Source of the DNA: Candidatus Hydrogenedentota bacterium
GTDB taxonomy: Bacteria; Hydrogenedentota; Hydrogenedentia; Hydrogenedentales; SLHB01
Assembly (NCBI GenBank): GCA_045863295.1
Contig: BTWA01000001.1
Location: forward strand, 293,686 to 357,685
DNA: 64,000 bases
Reading direction: 5' to 3'
The notes under the pieces were generated by a model that worked only from the letters and a program-made list of their open reading frames with translations, did not search any database and was not told where the DNA came from. How positions within the stretch are numbered: position 1 is the stretch's first letter; every line of letters starts with the position of its first letter. The position numbers were made by a program, and so were the translations under genes. Below are positions 37,862-48,537 of the stretch, piece after piece.

Positions 37862-38452
37862 ATGAGGCCAGCGTGTATGGGCGAGACGAAGCGCGTAGTG
37901 CCGAATGGCATCATCTTTCGCCGGTATGCGCAAGGCCTTTTGTGCATGCTCGTACTGCTTGCCGTGTTCATTAGCTGCCTGTCTATACAGACAGCGTATG
38001 AATTGTATGCCACCGAGTTCTTTCCGTCCGAACTGATTTCTCTCGGGTGCTTTGCGGGTATGTCTGTTTGGTTGACATGGTTGTTGATCACTCGGAGCCG
38101 TCATTTTGCATTGCCCGAGAATGCGCAACAGGACGTTATTCGTCTCAGTGGACACATATCTGAATTCACGGTCTTCGTCTTGTTTCTCACCCTATTTACG
38201 GTTCCCGTGGCCAATATGCTTGCAGAAGTGATTGCCGGTGGATTCGCGATGGCGCTCCTCGCGGTAGATTTGGAATTCGTCCGTGTGCGACAAGGGGATA
38301 GCTTCTTTGTGGCGTGGTCTCGCCAATTTGGTTTCGATTTGCTCCTTTTTGCGATTGCACTGCGTTGCTGGCAGGCGCTACTCCGTCGGTACGCTTCAAC
38401 GGGCACGACCCCCTCAACACAGTCTGCCAATCCGGAAGTGACGAACGCCTGA
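37862..38452 (+). CDS. Hypothetical multi-pass membrane protein
   Basis: Four to five hydrophobic segments filling the gap between genes; lower GC; start uncertain. Confidence 0.5.
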   Translation: MRPACMGETKRVVPNGIIFRRYAQGLLCMLVLLAVFISCLSIQTAYELYATEFFPSELISLGCFAGMSVWLTWLLITRSRHFALPENAQQDVIRLSGHISEFTVFVLFLTLFTVPVANMLAEVIAGGFAMALLAVDLEFVRVRQGDSFFVAWSRQFGFDLLLFAIALRCWQALLRRYASTGTTPSTQSANPEVTNA

Positions 38453-38597
38453 TTTTGTTCAAATGCCTCTGTCACCATGCCGTCTTCCTCGCCTTTTTCG
38501 CTGGCGTTCATCTGTTGTAGGATACGCCCGCGAATCCGGTGCATCCGGGTGGGGTGTGGGTCCGGCCGCAATTCTGTCGCCTTCACAGGAGTCTGTC

Positions 38598-39014
38598 ATG
38601 AACTATCTGCGCTACTTTCCGCTGATGGCCGTGTTGTTCGCGGTGTACAACATCGCGATGCTGGCGGGGGTGAACTTTGAAGAGAATCCGGCGTTGTTCG
38701 GCATTCCCCATCTGACGCGGGAAGCGCCCATACCCTTCGGGGCATCGGACCTGCTCATCGGCATCGCCGCCATTCTCTTGTACCTCGAAATCATGAAGGC
38801 GTCGCGGGTGTCGCGATCCACGGTCGTGGATCACATGTTGTCCATGTTCGTGTTCATTGCTTTTCTGGTGGAGATGATCACGGTTGCCGGCGCGGGCACG
38901 GCGACATTCATATTGCTCACTCTGATTTCGCTTATCGATGTGATCGCCGGGTTCACCATCAGCATTGCCACGGCGCGCCGCGATTTCACCGTGGGCAATG
39001 ATGGGATGGGATGA
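38598..39014 (+). CDS. Small four-TM hypothetical membrane protein
   Basis: AGGAG RBS, hydrophobic helices, C-terminal DVIAGFTISIATARRD. Confidence 0.78.
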   Translation: MNYLRYFPLMAVLFAVYNIAMLAGVNFEENPALFGIPHLTREAPIPFGASDLLIGIAAILLYLEIMKASRVSRSTVVDHMLSMFVFIAFLVEMITVAGAGTATFILLTLISLIDVIAGFTISIATARRDFTVGNDGMG

Positions 39015-39030
39015 AACCGGAGAGACAAGT

Positions 39031-39936
39031 TTACCGCTTAACGCCGTGGGTGACGATGGCGGCGGCGTAAGGCCATACGTACCGGCCGCCGGTCATCGCG
39101 CGCAAGGCAATCCCGGGCGCTTTTACCGCCCATATGGCGTAGGCACCCAGTTTCGACGGGCTGGCGTAAGGCCGAGCGATGTCGGTTTCGATTTCCGTGT
39201 AGCCGGCTTCCCGGAAATACCGGGGCAATGTGCGTGGGGAGAAATCGTAGAGGTGGCGCGGGGCTTCGAAGGCAATCTTCGGCCCAAACGGCAATCGGCG
39301 CGACAACGTGAAGAAGTGCTGGATATACGGCACCTGAATCAGCAACAGCCCGCCGGGCTTGATCCACCGCGATACACGGTCCATGGTGGCGCGCGGATCC
39401 TTCACGTGCTCGTATACGGCAATCAACGTCACGCAATCCATGCTTTCCGGGGCGATGTCCGCTTCTTCAATCGTGGCCTGTTGAATGACGGCTCCGTGCA
39501 CGTTCGTACGCGCATAGGCCGCCGCATTGCCGCTGACTTCGAGGCCGTGCAGCGTCCAGTTGCCGCCCGCCATGGATTTCAGGAAGTTGCCGTAGCCGCA
39601 ACCGACATCCAGCAACTGGCCGCCTTGCGGTTTGCGTCTGTTCACGATTCCGCGGAGATGCCGCTCCACCGCGCCCAGCGAAGCGACCTTTGCTGCTTCG
39701 TCGCCCGCTTCGAGATACATGCCCTCGTAGAATTTGGGCAGGGCATCGAACGTGGGTTGCGGATTCACGTATACCAGCGCGCACTTCACACACCGGCGAA
39801 TCTGGTAGCCCGACTCTTCACCCAACAGACGGTACTGATCGCTGCCGCACAGATTGCAGTTGACAGGTTCTGTGTCCACATTCTCAAACGGATGATCGAA
39901 TGCGGTGTAAAACGACTTCTTGACGGATTGCGGCAT
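39031..39936 (-). CDS. Class I SAM-dependent methyltransferase with N-terminal Zn-ribbon
   Basis: CNLC...CVKC.LVYVNP, LLDVGCGYG, EHVKDP, KPGG. Confidence 0.88.
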   Translation of the reverse strand: MPQSVKKSFYTAFDHPFENVDTEPVNCNLCGSDQYRLLGEESGYQIRRCVKCALVYVNPQPTFDALPKFYEGMYLEAGDEAAKVASLGAVERHLRGIVNRRKPQGGQLLDVGCGYGNFLKSMAGGNWTLHGLEVSGNAAAYARTNVHGAVIQQATIEEADIAPESMDCVTLIAVYEHVKDPRATMDRVSRWIKPGGLLLIQVPYIQHFFTLSRRLPFGPKIAFEAPRHLYDFSPRTLPRYFREAGYTEIETDIARPYASPSKLGAYAIWAVKAPGIALRAMTGGRYVWPYAAAIVTHGVKR

Positions 39937-40088
39937 GGCCCTATGGTAGCGTGTATCCCCATGTGCGGGCAATGAACGTATACGCGACATCCTGTCGCGT
40001 CCGTGGACCTGCATGCGGATGGGATGTCTATGGGCAAATACACTTGCCTGACCGCGAAGGGTTCTGCGGAAGCGGCAGGATGCCGCTT

Positions 40089-42335
40089 CTACTTCGGGTC
40101 CTCGTCATTCTGGCTTGACCGGCAGATGAGCATGGGGGCGGAGAGCTCGGGTATCTCGAAGCCGATTCGCCAGAGACAAAGCGAACCGTCCGCGCCGGGG
40201 GAGAGCGCGGTATTTTCATCGCCACTCAAGCTGATGGGCGACGACCCGGCAAAAGTATGGAGGCAGCGGCCCGAACGAATTTCCCACAGTCGCATGGTGG
40301 CATCGGTGGTGCCCGTGACCGCGTAGCGGCCCTTCTTGCTCAGGCAGATGGATGTCAGCGGCGTGCTGTGCAGCCGCCGCGATGCCATGTGTTTGCCGGT
40401 GGAGAGTTCCCAGATGTCGATGTACCCTTTGTCTGTGCCCGAAGCCAAGTAGCGCCTGTCACCGCTCACGGCCACGCAATGGGGATAGCCGGACTTCGTT
40501 CTGTATTCGCGCACGCAGTTCCCGGTCTCCAGTTCCCAGAGCCGCAATGCGCCGTCTTTTCCCGCGGACACGATGGTGCGATTGTATTCACCGATGGCCA
40601 TGGCCGTCACGCCGTTGGCGTGAGCCACGATTGTCTTTAAGGTACGGCCCGACTGCCGGTCCCATACGCGGATCGTTCCATCCACACTGCCCGATACCAC
40701 GGCGCGTCCATCCTCCGTGAACAGCACGGCGAGCACCGGCTTCGAGTGATCTTTCAACACATGCTCGTCGCCGATTGCGCTCATCGGCCACAGGCGCACC
40801 ACGCCATCCTTGCCACCGCTGGCCGCCTGCATGCCGTCGGCGCTGAGTTCGATGCATCGCACCTGGCCCTTGTGCCCGGTGAAGCTTTGGATGAGCGTGC
40901 CGTCGTTTACGTTCCAAACGTTGATCTCTCCCGGCCCCTCCGAGGGCCCTCCCGCGGACAGGGCAAGGGCGCCATCCCAACTTAGTTTCAAAGCTTTGAC
41001 CACTTTGCCGGATTCGCCGAATTTTTTTTGCAGTTTGCGGGAGGTGTCGATGTTGGCCTCGGCGGTTTGAATGGCCTCCTGAATTTCGTGTCCTTGCAGT
41101 TCGCGCACTTCCAGATGCTTGAGAACGTTCGTGGCGCTTTCACAGTCGCCGCGCTCCAGGTGTACGTGAGCGAGCATGTAATGCGGCATCCAGGATTTCG
41201 GATACCGCTCGTGCAAGCCTTTGATATGTTTCAACAAGGTCAAATCGGTGATTTTGCCGGTGCGCCAACAGTGCAGGGCCTGGTTGTAAGACGCTTCAAG
41301 GTGATGGGGTGTCAAATCGAGGGCTTGTTTCCAGAGCTTCGCCGCTTCTTCCCGGTTTCCAAGGTCCAACAGCGACACGGCCCGGTTGTTGACCTCGTCG
41401 GCCGTGTTGACCTTGGCCTCGGGAACGATCCGCGGATATGGTTTTCCCGTGTGCTCCTCGTAGAGATCCTTGAGTGACTCCACCAGTACCGGCATGCCTT
41501 GCGGACGATTTGCAGGGTTGATCTCAAAGCATTGCCTCAAAATCAGCATCAGCTTCTCCGGCATGGGCGGAATGTAGTCCCGCTCGGGTCCCAACTCCAG
41601 ATATCCATCCAGAACCTGCGGCGCGGTTTGCCCGGCCATCCAGGTAACCTCGCCCATGAACATCTCGAGTATGAGCAGACCGAAACTCCAGACGTCCGTG
41701 GCTACGGTAATGGGATCGCGGGTGGCATGTTCCGGCGAGAAATAGACTGGTGTGCCCTGGGGCGCACTGGTGCGTTCCGTACCGGTGGCCGCTTGCAATG
41801 CGCGGGCCAATCCGAAATCGGTGACCTTGGCCATGCCTTCCGGCGACATGAGCACGTTGGCGGGCTTGACGTCCTGATGCACAATCCCATGGGCGTGGGC
41901 ATGCTGGAGGCCCCACGCGACTTGAATCATGAGATCGAACATGCGCGGGAGGGCCTGCCGCGCCCCGCCCCGGTACAGGTAGCCCCGGCTAATCCACGTG
42001 TGGATCGTACCCCCTGAAACGAACTCCGCGAACACGCGCGGAATGCCGCCCAGGCGCCGGACGTAGAAGCAACTCACGACGTGTGGATGCAGCCCAAGGC
42101 TGACCCAGGTGGAACATTCACGCTCGAACAACTCCGCGCCCCGGCTGTGGCCAATAACGTCCGGATGCGGGCTCTTGACGGCCAATTCGGTGTCCCAGCC
42201 GCGATGGCGGACACGGTAGACCGTGCCCATGCCGCCGCGTCCTAGAACCGACTTCACCTCGTAGAGATTGAGGATCACATCGCCCGGTTTCCATTCAGCC
42301 GGGGCTCTATCTTCCACGGTATTTAGATTTGGCAT
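40089..42335 (-). CDS. Ser/Thr protein kinase with TPR and WD40 repeats
   Basis: GRGGMGTV, AVK, HQDVKPAN, DFG, GTPVYFSPE; GH...WD-type repeats at the C-terminus. Confidence 0.92.
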   Translation of the reverse strand: MPNLNTVEDRAPAEWKPGDVILNLYEVKSVLGRGGMGTVYRVRHRGWDTELAVKSPHPDVIGHSRGAELFERECSTWVSLGLHPHVVSCFYVRRLGGIPRVFAEFVSGGTIHTWISRGYLYRGGARQALPRMFDLMIQVAWGLQHAHAHGIVHQDVKPANVLMSPEGMAKVTDFGLARALQAATGTERTSAPQGTPVYFSPEHATRDPITVATDVWSFGLLILEMFMGEVTWMAGQTAPQVLDGYLELGPERDYIPPMPEKLMLILRQCFEINPANRPQGMPVLVESLKDLYEEHTGKPYPRIVPEAKVNTADEVNNRAVSLLDLGNREEAAKLWKQALDLTPHHLEASYNQALHCWRTGKITDLTLLKHIKGLHERYPKSWMPHYMLAHVHLERGDCESATNVLKHLEVRELQGHEIQEAIQTAEANIDTSRKLQKKFGESGKVVKALKLSWDGALALSAGGPSEGPGEINVWNVNDGTLIQSFTGHKGQVRCIELSADGMQAASGGKDGVVRLWPMSAIGDEHVLKDHSKPVLAVLFTEDGRAVVSGSVDGTIRVWDRQSGRTLKTIVAHANGVTAMAIGEYNRTIVSAGKDGALRLWELETGNCVREYRTKSGYPHCVAVSGDRRYLASGTDKGYIDIWELSTGKHMASRRLHSTPLTSICLSKKGRYAVTGTTDATMRLWEIRSGRCLHTFAGSSPISLSGDENTALSPGADGSLCLWRIGFEIPELSAPMLICRSSQNDEDPK

Positions 42336-42381
42336 ACCCAGTCGCTTGCATTCCGTGCCGGTAGCATCAATCGCGTATATG

Positions 42382-43209
42382 CTACGTCAATCCGACAGCC
42401 GGATACACATCGGCCACGTCCGGCCAGGGTTGCTTTGCGACAACCCGCACATGCGAACCGCGCGGCGCCCACACTGTGGGGTTGGTTGGACCGAAGAGGG
42501 CGACGGTGGGGCAGCGCACGGCGGCCGCCAGGTGCGTGATGCCGCTGTCGTTTCCCACATAGACCCGAGCGTCCGCGAGGCGCTGTGCGAGGGCTTCCAG
42601 ATTGGATTCGCGGATGACCTTGGCCAGGGGCGGATACCGAAGGTCCGTCTCGGCCGGACCCGCGATAAATGCCACGGAATGGCCCATGGCATCAATCCCC
42701 GCGGCCAACTCTTCGAATCGCTCCATGGGCCAGTTCTTCTTCGGCGAACCACTGCCCGGGTGAATCAGCACTTCGCCGGAAGGGTGCCTGTCGAGTTCTA
42801 TGAACGCGTCAACCGAGTGCACAATCTCCAACTTCGAGAGGTAGTACTCTGACGCGTGCCGGGTCCAGTCTTGAGGGGGCAGGCCGGGGTGTATGTGCAC
42901 GCGGCTCACGCCGGTTTCTCCGCAGCCTCGCGCAATGGCGCAATCGTCGTCCCGCATCCACACAACAATCCGATCGAAGCGGCTGGCGAATTGTTTCCAG
43001 CGCTTACCCGGTGTCGCAAAGATTGATTCAAAACCAGTGCTGCCCAAATTGTGCGCCGCGTCCGCCCATCCGGCCAGCACGGCGATTTGCAGGCGCTCCG
43101 GCTGTCCGGCCAGTTCCACAGGGCCTTCTCTTCGAAGCGCTGCCATGGAGGGGCCGCACAGGATTAAGTCGCCGATGGCGCCGGTGTGCACGACCAGCGA
43201 ACGGATCAT
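42382..43209 (-). CDS. Glycosyltransferase family 9 (heptosyltransferase-like)
   Basis: GAIGD, IHPGSG..KNWP, GNDSGITHLAAA, LFGPT. Confidence 0.88.
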   Translation of the reverse strand: MIRSLVVHTGAIGDLILCGPSMAALRREGPVELAGQPERLQIAVLAGWADAAHNLGSTGFESIFATPGKRWKQFASRFDRIVVWMRDDDCAIARGCGETGVSRVHIHPGLPPQDWTRHASEYYLSKLEIVHSVDAFIELDRHPSGEVLIHPGSGSPKKNWPMERFEELAAGIDAMGHSVAFIAGPAETDLRYPPLAKVIRESNLEALAQRLADARVYVGNDSGITHLAAAVRCPTVALFGPTNPTVWAPRGSHVRVVAKQPWPDVADVYPAVGLT

Positions 43210-44678
43210 GGCGCTACGATTTCGTAGATGACAATGCGTGCTTCCGCCAACGGCGACAGGCCCGCTTCCACCAGTTTAAGTTCGGGCGGGGCGTGGGCGG
43301 GATCGAGCAGGGGCTTCAGCGAAGGCACCATCTGCGTGGAGTATCGTTCATCCACGACGAAGTAGCGGGCGCCCGCCGCTTGGGCGCGATCGATCGCTTG
43401 GTCGAGCGTGTCGGTCTGCGCAGGGCCGGTGGTGGGCATGCCGGCATAGTAGCCGACTTGCGGCTTGCGCGTGAAGACGAGCCCGGGTTCGAGATGGGCC
43501 TTCATCCATTCCCCGGCAATCTTGTATTCAATGGGCTGGTAGGACATGCGGCCCATCCAGCGCGGTGCCGCCACCGCGGCCATGCCCGCCACAAGCAGGA
43601 GTGCGAGCACCCAGACGGGCGCGCGGCGCAGCAGATGATGCTTGTGGCCCCAGGCGTCTCCGGCGATGATCATGCCACGGCAGGCGAAGATCGAAAGCGC
43701 GACGGTGGTTGCCATGAGGTACCGGGGTTCGGCGTGCGTGCTGAGACCCGCAACAACAAACTGAGCAGACGCCATGAGCAAGAGAAAACATTCGAGCCGG
43801 AAGTCGCGTCGAATGGCTGGGTGGGTATGGAGCAGGCCGAATCCCGCGAGGCAGAGCAGGTAAGGCCCAAGCATAACCGGTAGCGTATGTGAAAAGAGTT
43901 GAAGAAACGCTTTGGCCGTGTCTTTACCGCGATCGACAAGCGCGTACTGGAGCGCTTCGGCGGGTTGACCAATGCGAGGGCTCAATACAAATTCGCCGGT
44001 AGCAGCGCGCATCCAGAGGAGATATCCCGCGAACATAGTGGCGAATAACAGAAGGCCGCTGGCCCAACGGAGTGGGCGTGCTCCGAGTGTTGTGCGGGTT
44101 TCACGATCAATCAAGGCAACCGAGGCGGCACAAGACGCAACCGCAATGAGTACTCCTTCGGGACGCGTGAGGTGTAACAAGAAATAGAGCACGGCCGGCT
44201 TCCAGAATGATCCTTCGCCACGAACGGCTTTCGCGAACGCCAGCAGGCCTGAGAACCACAGGAGGATTGCCAGTGCATCCGGCGATACGCGGGCGGCACA
44301 GTCGACAAGCCACGGCCACAGGATGAACAGCAAGGCCATCACGCGCGCCGAGGACGGGCCATGCAGCTTGCGCGCGATACCGCAGATGGGCACGAGCGCA
44401 AGCGACCCGGCTGCCAGCGAAATGAGGCATGCGGCTGTTTCGAGATGTACCTGCAAGAGGCCGCCAAGACACGCGGTCAACAGCGGGTACAGAGGAGGGA
44501 TGCGTGGGTCCGCGCTGAGGAAACCGCCTTCGGCGAAGGTCTGCGCGGCGTTGAGGTAGTGGATTGCGTCGGCCGTATCAATCACGCGACCCAACAGCAG
44601 CCAGTAGGCAATGCGGTACGCGAACGCCGCGAGGACCAGCGCGGCCATTTCCTTCCACGGTAGACGCGGTTCAGTCAT
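43206..44678 (-). CDS. ArnT/PMT-like (GT-C) membrane glycosyltransferase
   Basis: D..HY..A, PPLYPLL, TRPEG, PRYL; multiple TM helices; ATGA overlap with the GT9 gene. Confidence 0.75.
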   Translation of the reverse strand: MTEPRLPWKEMAALVLAAFAYRIAYWLLLGRVIDTADAIHYLNAAQTFAEGGFLSADPRIPPLYPLLTACLGGLLQVHLETAACLISLAAGSLALVPICGIARKLHGPSSARVMALLFILWPWLVDCAARVSPDALAILLWFSGLLAFAKAVRGEGSFWKPAVLYFLLHLTRPEGVLIAVASCAASVALIDRETRTTLGARPLRWASGLLLFATMFAGYLLWMRAATGEFVLSPRIGQPAEALQYALVDRGKDTAKAFLQLFSHTLPVMLGPYLLCLAGFGLLHTHPAIRRDFRLECFLLLMASAQFVVAGLSTHAEPRYLMATTVALSIFACRGMIIAGDAWGHKHHLLRRAPVWVLALLLVAGMAAVAAPRWMGRMSYQPIEYKIAGEWMKAHLEPGLVFTRKPQVGYYAGMPTTGPAQTDTLDQAIDRAQAAGARYFVVDERYSTQMVPSLKPLLDPAHAPPELKLVEAGLSPLAEARIVIYEIVAP

Positions 44679-44796
44679 GTGTGCCCTTTGATCGAAGTTC
44701 ACCCCGTGCCCATCGCGGAACTGGGCTATCCTTGAACAGAATGCCTGAAATGAATTGACGGAAGCACATCGCGATGCGTGGGGCATTTCGCGCGGG

Positions 44797-45765
44797 TCAG
44801 AAGGTCAGCAATATCTTCATGGCCTCCGGCGCCGCGGCCTGACGCAACGCGGATACCGCTTCACCAAAGGCGAAGCGATGGGTGATCAGCGGTTTCACCG
44901 CGACATTGCCCATGGCGAGGGCTTCGAGCGCGGGCTTGAATGGGCCGCACCGGGAGCCGGCAATCGTTATTTCGTTGATGACAGGCACGCTCAAGTCGGC
45001 CTGGGTTTCGCCCGCCACGGTTGTCTTCAATACGATTACGCCTTGCGGCCGGACCAGTTCCAAGGCCCGGCGCAGGCCGGTTTCGGATCCCGTGGCCTCC
45101 ACGACATAGTCCGCGCCCGGATCGACGGCGTCGCTGGCAAGCGCGGTGGCGATGTTCAGGCGTTGGAGCAAATCGAGTTTCCATGAATGCTTGCCAATGC
45201 AGAGCAGCCGCTTGGTTCGCAGCCAGAGTACCTGCGCGATCAATTGCGCGAGTTTACCGTCTCCGAGAACGATGACGCGATCGGAATCGGAGATAGTGAA
45301 TTGTTCGAGGATTCGAAAGGCGGCGGCGATGGGTTCTGTGAACACAGCGGTTTCGTCGTCCACCGCGTCAGGCACGAGGTGCAGATTCTCTTCGGGAAGA
45401 CTGACGTATTCCGCGAAAGCGCCTTGCCGTTTAAAGATGCCCAGAACGGTCCGGTTCGCGCAATGGTGCGACATGCCGCGACGGCAAAAGTCGCACTGAT
45501 GGCACACGCAGTTAATCTCGCCGACGACTCGTTTACCGAGTAGCGCGGGGTTTTCACATGCTTCCACCACGCCTACAAACTCGTGACCGGGGATGCCCTT
45601 GAATCCCATGTAGCCTCGCGCAAGCTCGAGATCGGTGTTGCAGATGCCCGCTTTGGTGATGCGCAGCATCGCTTCCCCCGGTTGTGGACGAGGGCGGCGT
45701 GTTTGGATCATGCGAGGGCCGTCGTTGAACTCTAGGGCGCGCATGGCTGTGTCTGGTATGGGCAT
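44797..45765 (-). CDS. Zn-dependent medium-chain alcohol dehydrogenase
   Basis: GICNTD, GHEFVG, C..C.FC.......C, EPIAAA, GSRCGPF. Confidence 0.9.
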   Translation of the reverse strand: MPIPDTAMRALEFNDGPRMIQTRRPRPQPGEAMLRITKAGICNTDLELARGYMGFKGIPGHEFVGVVEACENPALLGKRVVGEINCVCHQCDFCRRGMSHHCANRTVLGIFKRQGAFAEYVSLPEENLHLVPDAVDDETAVFTEPIAAAFRILEQFTISDSDRVIVLGDGKLAQLIAQVLWLRTKRLLCIGKHSWKLDLLQRLNIATALASDAVDPGADYVVEATGSETGLRRALELVRPQGVIVLKTTVAGETQADLSVPVINEITIAGSRCGPFKPALEALAMGNVAVKPLITHRFAFGEAVSALRQAAAPEAMKILLTF

Positions 45766-45784
45766 TTTGCTACGTCTCCGCCCG

Positions 45785-47356
45785 TTACCGGAATTGAATC
45801 CGTCCGAAGGCGCTTTCGCCCGGCGCCCATTGAGAGACTTCTCTTTTCACGTTGGTGCGATAGCGGATGAACTGCGCTTTCCATTCGCTTCCAGGGGATG
45901 GCTCGCCGCCCAACAGGGCAAACGGGATGCGGAATTCCGCGGACCACCCCGCCGGATACTTACGGCATTCGACTTGCCAGTCGCCGTTCCACAGGGGGTC
46001 CCCGCCCCGGCTGTCGTATCGGGCGCCGACCGGGCTGGCCAAAATGCGCACGGCAGGCTGGGATCCGTTTTGCAGAACGATTTCGACGGCTTCCTCGGTC
46101 CACAGCGGATCGTCGCGATTCAACAAGTCCGCGACGACGGTGTCCATGCGCGGTTCGCGCGCGTAGATGCCGATGTACAGTGCGTCGGTTGTATGCCTGA
46201 GCCAACCGGTGGTTTCCGCTTCCGCGTAGGTGTCGCCGTTGGCCATTCCGAAGATTTGCGGTTGTTTCGTCCAACCGCTTTCCTTGAAGGTGCCGTCCAT
46301 GACGGGCGCGTCCGCGGTGAAGCGGGATTCGGCGACGGCCGATTCCTTCAATGCGAATAGTCGGATGTTTCTCAGGACAGCTGTTTCTGGTTCGGACGTA
46401 ACCTTGATGCGAAGAAACTTGGGGCGCACCCCGCTCTTCAACACAATGGGCCCTTTAATTCCTTCAATCGTTTTGGCGACGCTCATGTCCACGGTCGAAT
46501 ATTGTTTGCCGTCTTCGCTGACGGCCACTTCCGCGGACTGGGAGCCGACCGTGTCGAAGTCGATGCGAAAGATTGGCCCCGGTGCGGCTTGGAATTCGTA
46601 AATGGCGGTGCTTTCGTGGGGTTGATCCTGGAATTCGGGCGTGGCGAACAGTTCCATGGGCCGCGCATCCTTCGGCAAAACCACGCCGCGATACGGCAGC
46701 ACCGAGACGCCGAATAGAATGACCGACGGCGCAAACAGTCTTTGCTGGTCGATGATTTGTATGACGCGGGCCCATTGTTCCTGATCCCCTTTGGGATCCA
46801 ACGCGGCCTGATTTTGCACCAGGTTGATGAGCGGCTTCAGGGTGTCCTTGCTGCCCGACGCGTAGGCCCGTTCGAGCGAAATCCATGCGGTGATATTCTT
46901 GTACAGCGCCGTTACGAGATCGAGTTCCGGTTGGGCGATTTGTGGAAGTGACTTGCGCAGGTTGGCGGTCGCGGCTTCGAATTGCTGGTACGCCATTTCC
47001 GGTTGCACGCCGCGAATGGTCAAGCGATCCAGATGCGCGGCAAGCGCGGCGATTCGCTCCTGCTGGCTTGGGTCTTCCAAGTCGGACTTAAAGTAGTCGT
47101 TCAATCCCGCCGGCCAGGCCTTGGCGTCCGACGGCTCGACTTTGTTCTCGTCCTTCTTGGCCTTGCTTTCTTTCCGCTTGGGCTTTTCCTGTCTGGGCGA
47201 GTCGTCTTCTTTTTTTGCGTCCTCGCCTTTGCCGAAGGTGTAATTGCGCTGCACCTGTGCGACGCGCATTTCGTCCGCCACGGTTGATGCGACGGGGACT
47301 AGCGGCGCGGCTATTGCGACGAACGCCATGACCCTGGTGATCCGTTTCATGGTCAT
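45785..47356 (-). CDS. Secreted protein with C-terminal CBM9-like sugar-binding domain
   Basis: Signal peptide; PVMDG.....W, LYIG, RDDPLW.EEAVEI, WSAEFRIPF. Confidence 0.7.
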   Translation of the reverse strand: MTMKRITRVMAFVAIAAPLVPVASTVADEMRVAQVQRNYTFGKGEDAKKEDDSPRQEKPKRKESKAKKDENKVEPSDAKAWPAGLNDYFKSDLEDPSQQERIAALAAHLDRLTIRGVQPEMAYQQFEAATANLRKSLPQIAQPELDLVTALYKNITAWISLERAYASGSKDTLKPLINLVQNQAALDPKGDQEQWARVIQIIDQQRLFAPSVILFGVSVLPYRGVVLPKDARPMELFATPEFQDQPHESTAIYEFQAAPGPIFRIDFDTVGSQSAEVAVSEDGKQYSTVDMSVAKTIEGIKGPIVLKSGVRPKFLRIKVTSEPETAVLRNIRLFALKESAVAESRFTADAPVMDGTFKESGWTKQPQIFGMANGDTYAEAETTGWLRHTTDALYIGIYAREPRMDTVVADLLNRDDPLWTEEAVEIVLQNGSQPAVRILASPVGARYDSRGGDPLWNGDWQVECRKYPAGWSAEFRIPFALLGGEPSPGSEWKAQFIRYRTNVKREVSQWAPGESAFGRIQFR

Positions 47357-48216
47357 GTTTCCCGGTAGACGATGAAGCGCGCGAGGTCGCGGAATTGGTC
47401 CGCGTCCGAGCCAAACGACTCGAGCGAAGCGATTGCTTCCTGCATGGCTTCCTCGGCCAATTCGCGAGCGCCGTCGACGCCAAGCAGCGCAGGATAGGTG
47501 GATTTTTTGTTGGCGACATCGCCGCCGGGCTTTTTGCCCAATTTGTCTTCAGAGCCGACGATGTCGAGGATGTCGTCGGCGATTTGGAACGCCAATCCGA
47601 TGGCTTCGCCGTACAGGGACAGCGCATTGAGCTGTGCATCCGACGCACCCGCGAGCATTGCGCCGCAACGCACGCTCGAACGGATCAGGGCTCCGGTCTT
47701 GCGCGCGTGAAGTTGCTTCAGTTCTTCCAATGCCAACGACTTGTTCTCGCTTTCGAGGTCGACCACCTGTCCGCCGGCCATGCCTTCCACGCCGGACGCC
47801 CGCGCCAGTTCGCGGATTACGGCGATGTTGCCGGTTTCGGCGGCCACGTCGAAGGCCATGGTCAACAGGGCATCGCCGGCCAGAATGGCCATGGCTTCTC
47901 CGAATACTTTGTGCGCGGTTGGTTTGCCGCGCCGCAAGTCGTCGTCGTCCATGCAGGGCAAGTCGTCGTGAATGAGCGAATAGGTGTGAATCATTTCCAC
48001 GGCGCAGGCCGCGGGAATGGCGGGCGTGTCGTCTCCGGCGACGACGTCCGCGGCGCCGAGCACGAGGCCGGGGCGCAACCGCTTTCCGCCCGCGAACAGG
48101 CTGTATTCGATGGCGGTCAGCAGATTGGGGGGCGAGTTTGTCCAATGGCTGAGGTAGTGCCGCATGGCGGCTTCCGATTTGGCGGCCTTTGCGACCAGAA
48201 AGTCATCGACGGTCAT
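47353..48216 (-). CDS. ispA: Farnesyl/geranylgeranyl diphosphate synthase
   Basis: GGKRLRP, SLIHDDLPCMDDDDLRRG, KTGAL, FQIADDILD; follows xseB. Confidence 0.95.
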   Translation of the reverse strand: MTVDDFLVAKAAKSEAAMRHYLSHWTNSPPNLLTAIEYSLFAGGKRLRPGLVLGAADVVAGDDTPAIPAACAVEMIHTYSLIHDDLPCMDDDDLRRGKPTAHKVFGEAMAILAGDALLTMAFDVAAETGNIAVIRELARASGVEGMAGGQVVDLESENKSLALEELKQLHARKTGALIRSSVRCGAMLAGASDAQLNALSLYGEAIGLAFQIADDILDIVGSEDKLGKKPGGDVANKKSTYPALLGVDGARELAEEAMQEAIASLESFGSDADQFRDLARFIVYRET

Positions 48217-48533
48217 CAAAACAACAATTCTCCTTCGCCTTCCACGGGATTGCCGTCCGCGTCGAGCCGGGCTTTGGCGGGTTTTGCACTGGCGTCCGGT
48301 TTCGCCGCGGCCTCGTCTTCAAACGACGCGGCCTCCAACTCGCCTTCGGTATTGCGCAACAATATCTCGATCTTCTTTTCGGCCTGCGTCAATGCGGCTT
48401 CGCAGCGCTTGGCGAGTTTGATGCCTTCTTCGAACCGCTTCAAGGAATCGTCCAACGGCAACTCGCCGGCCTCCAATTCCGCGACGATTTGCTCAAGACG
48501 ATCCAGATCTTTTTCAAACTTGGGTTCAGCCAT
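48216..48533 (-). CDS. xseB: Exodeoxyribonuclease VII small subunit
   Basis: FE..L.RLE.IV..LE.G.L.LDDSL..FEEG..L; acidic C-terminal extension. Confidence 0.93.
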   Translation of the reverse strand: MAEPKFEKDLDRLEQIVAELEAGELPLDDSLKRFEEGIKLAKRCEAALTQAEKKIEILLRNTEGELEAASFEDEAAAKPDASAKPAKARLDADGNPVEGEGELLF

Positions 48534-48537
48534 ATGT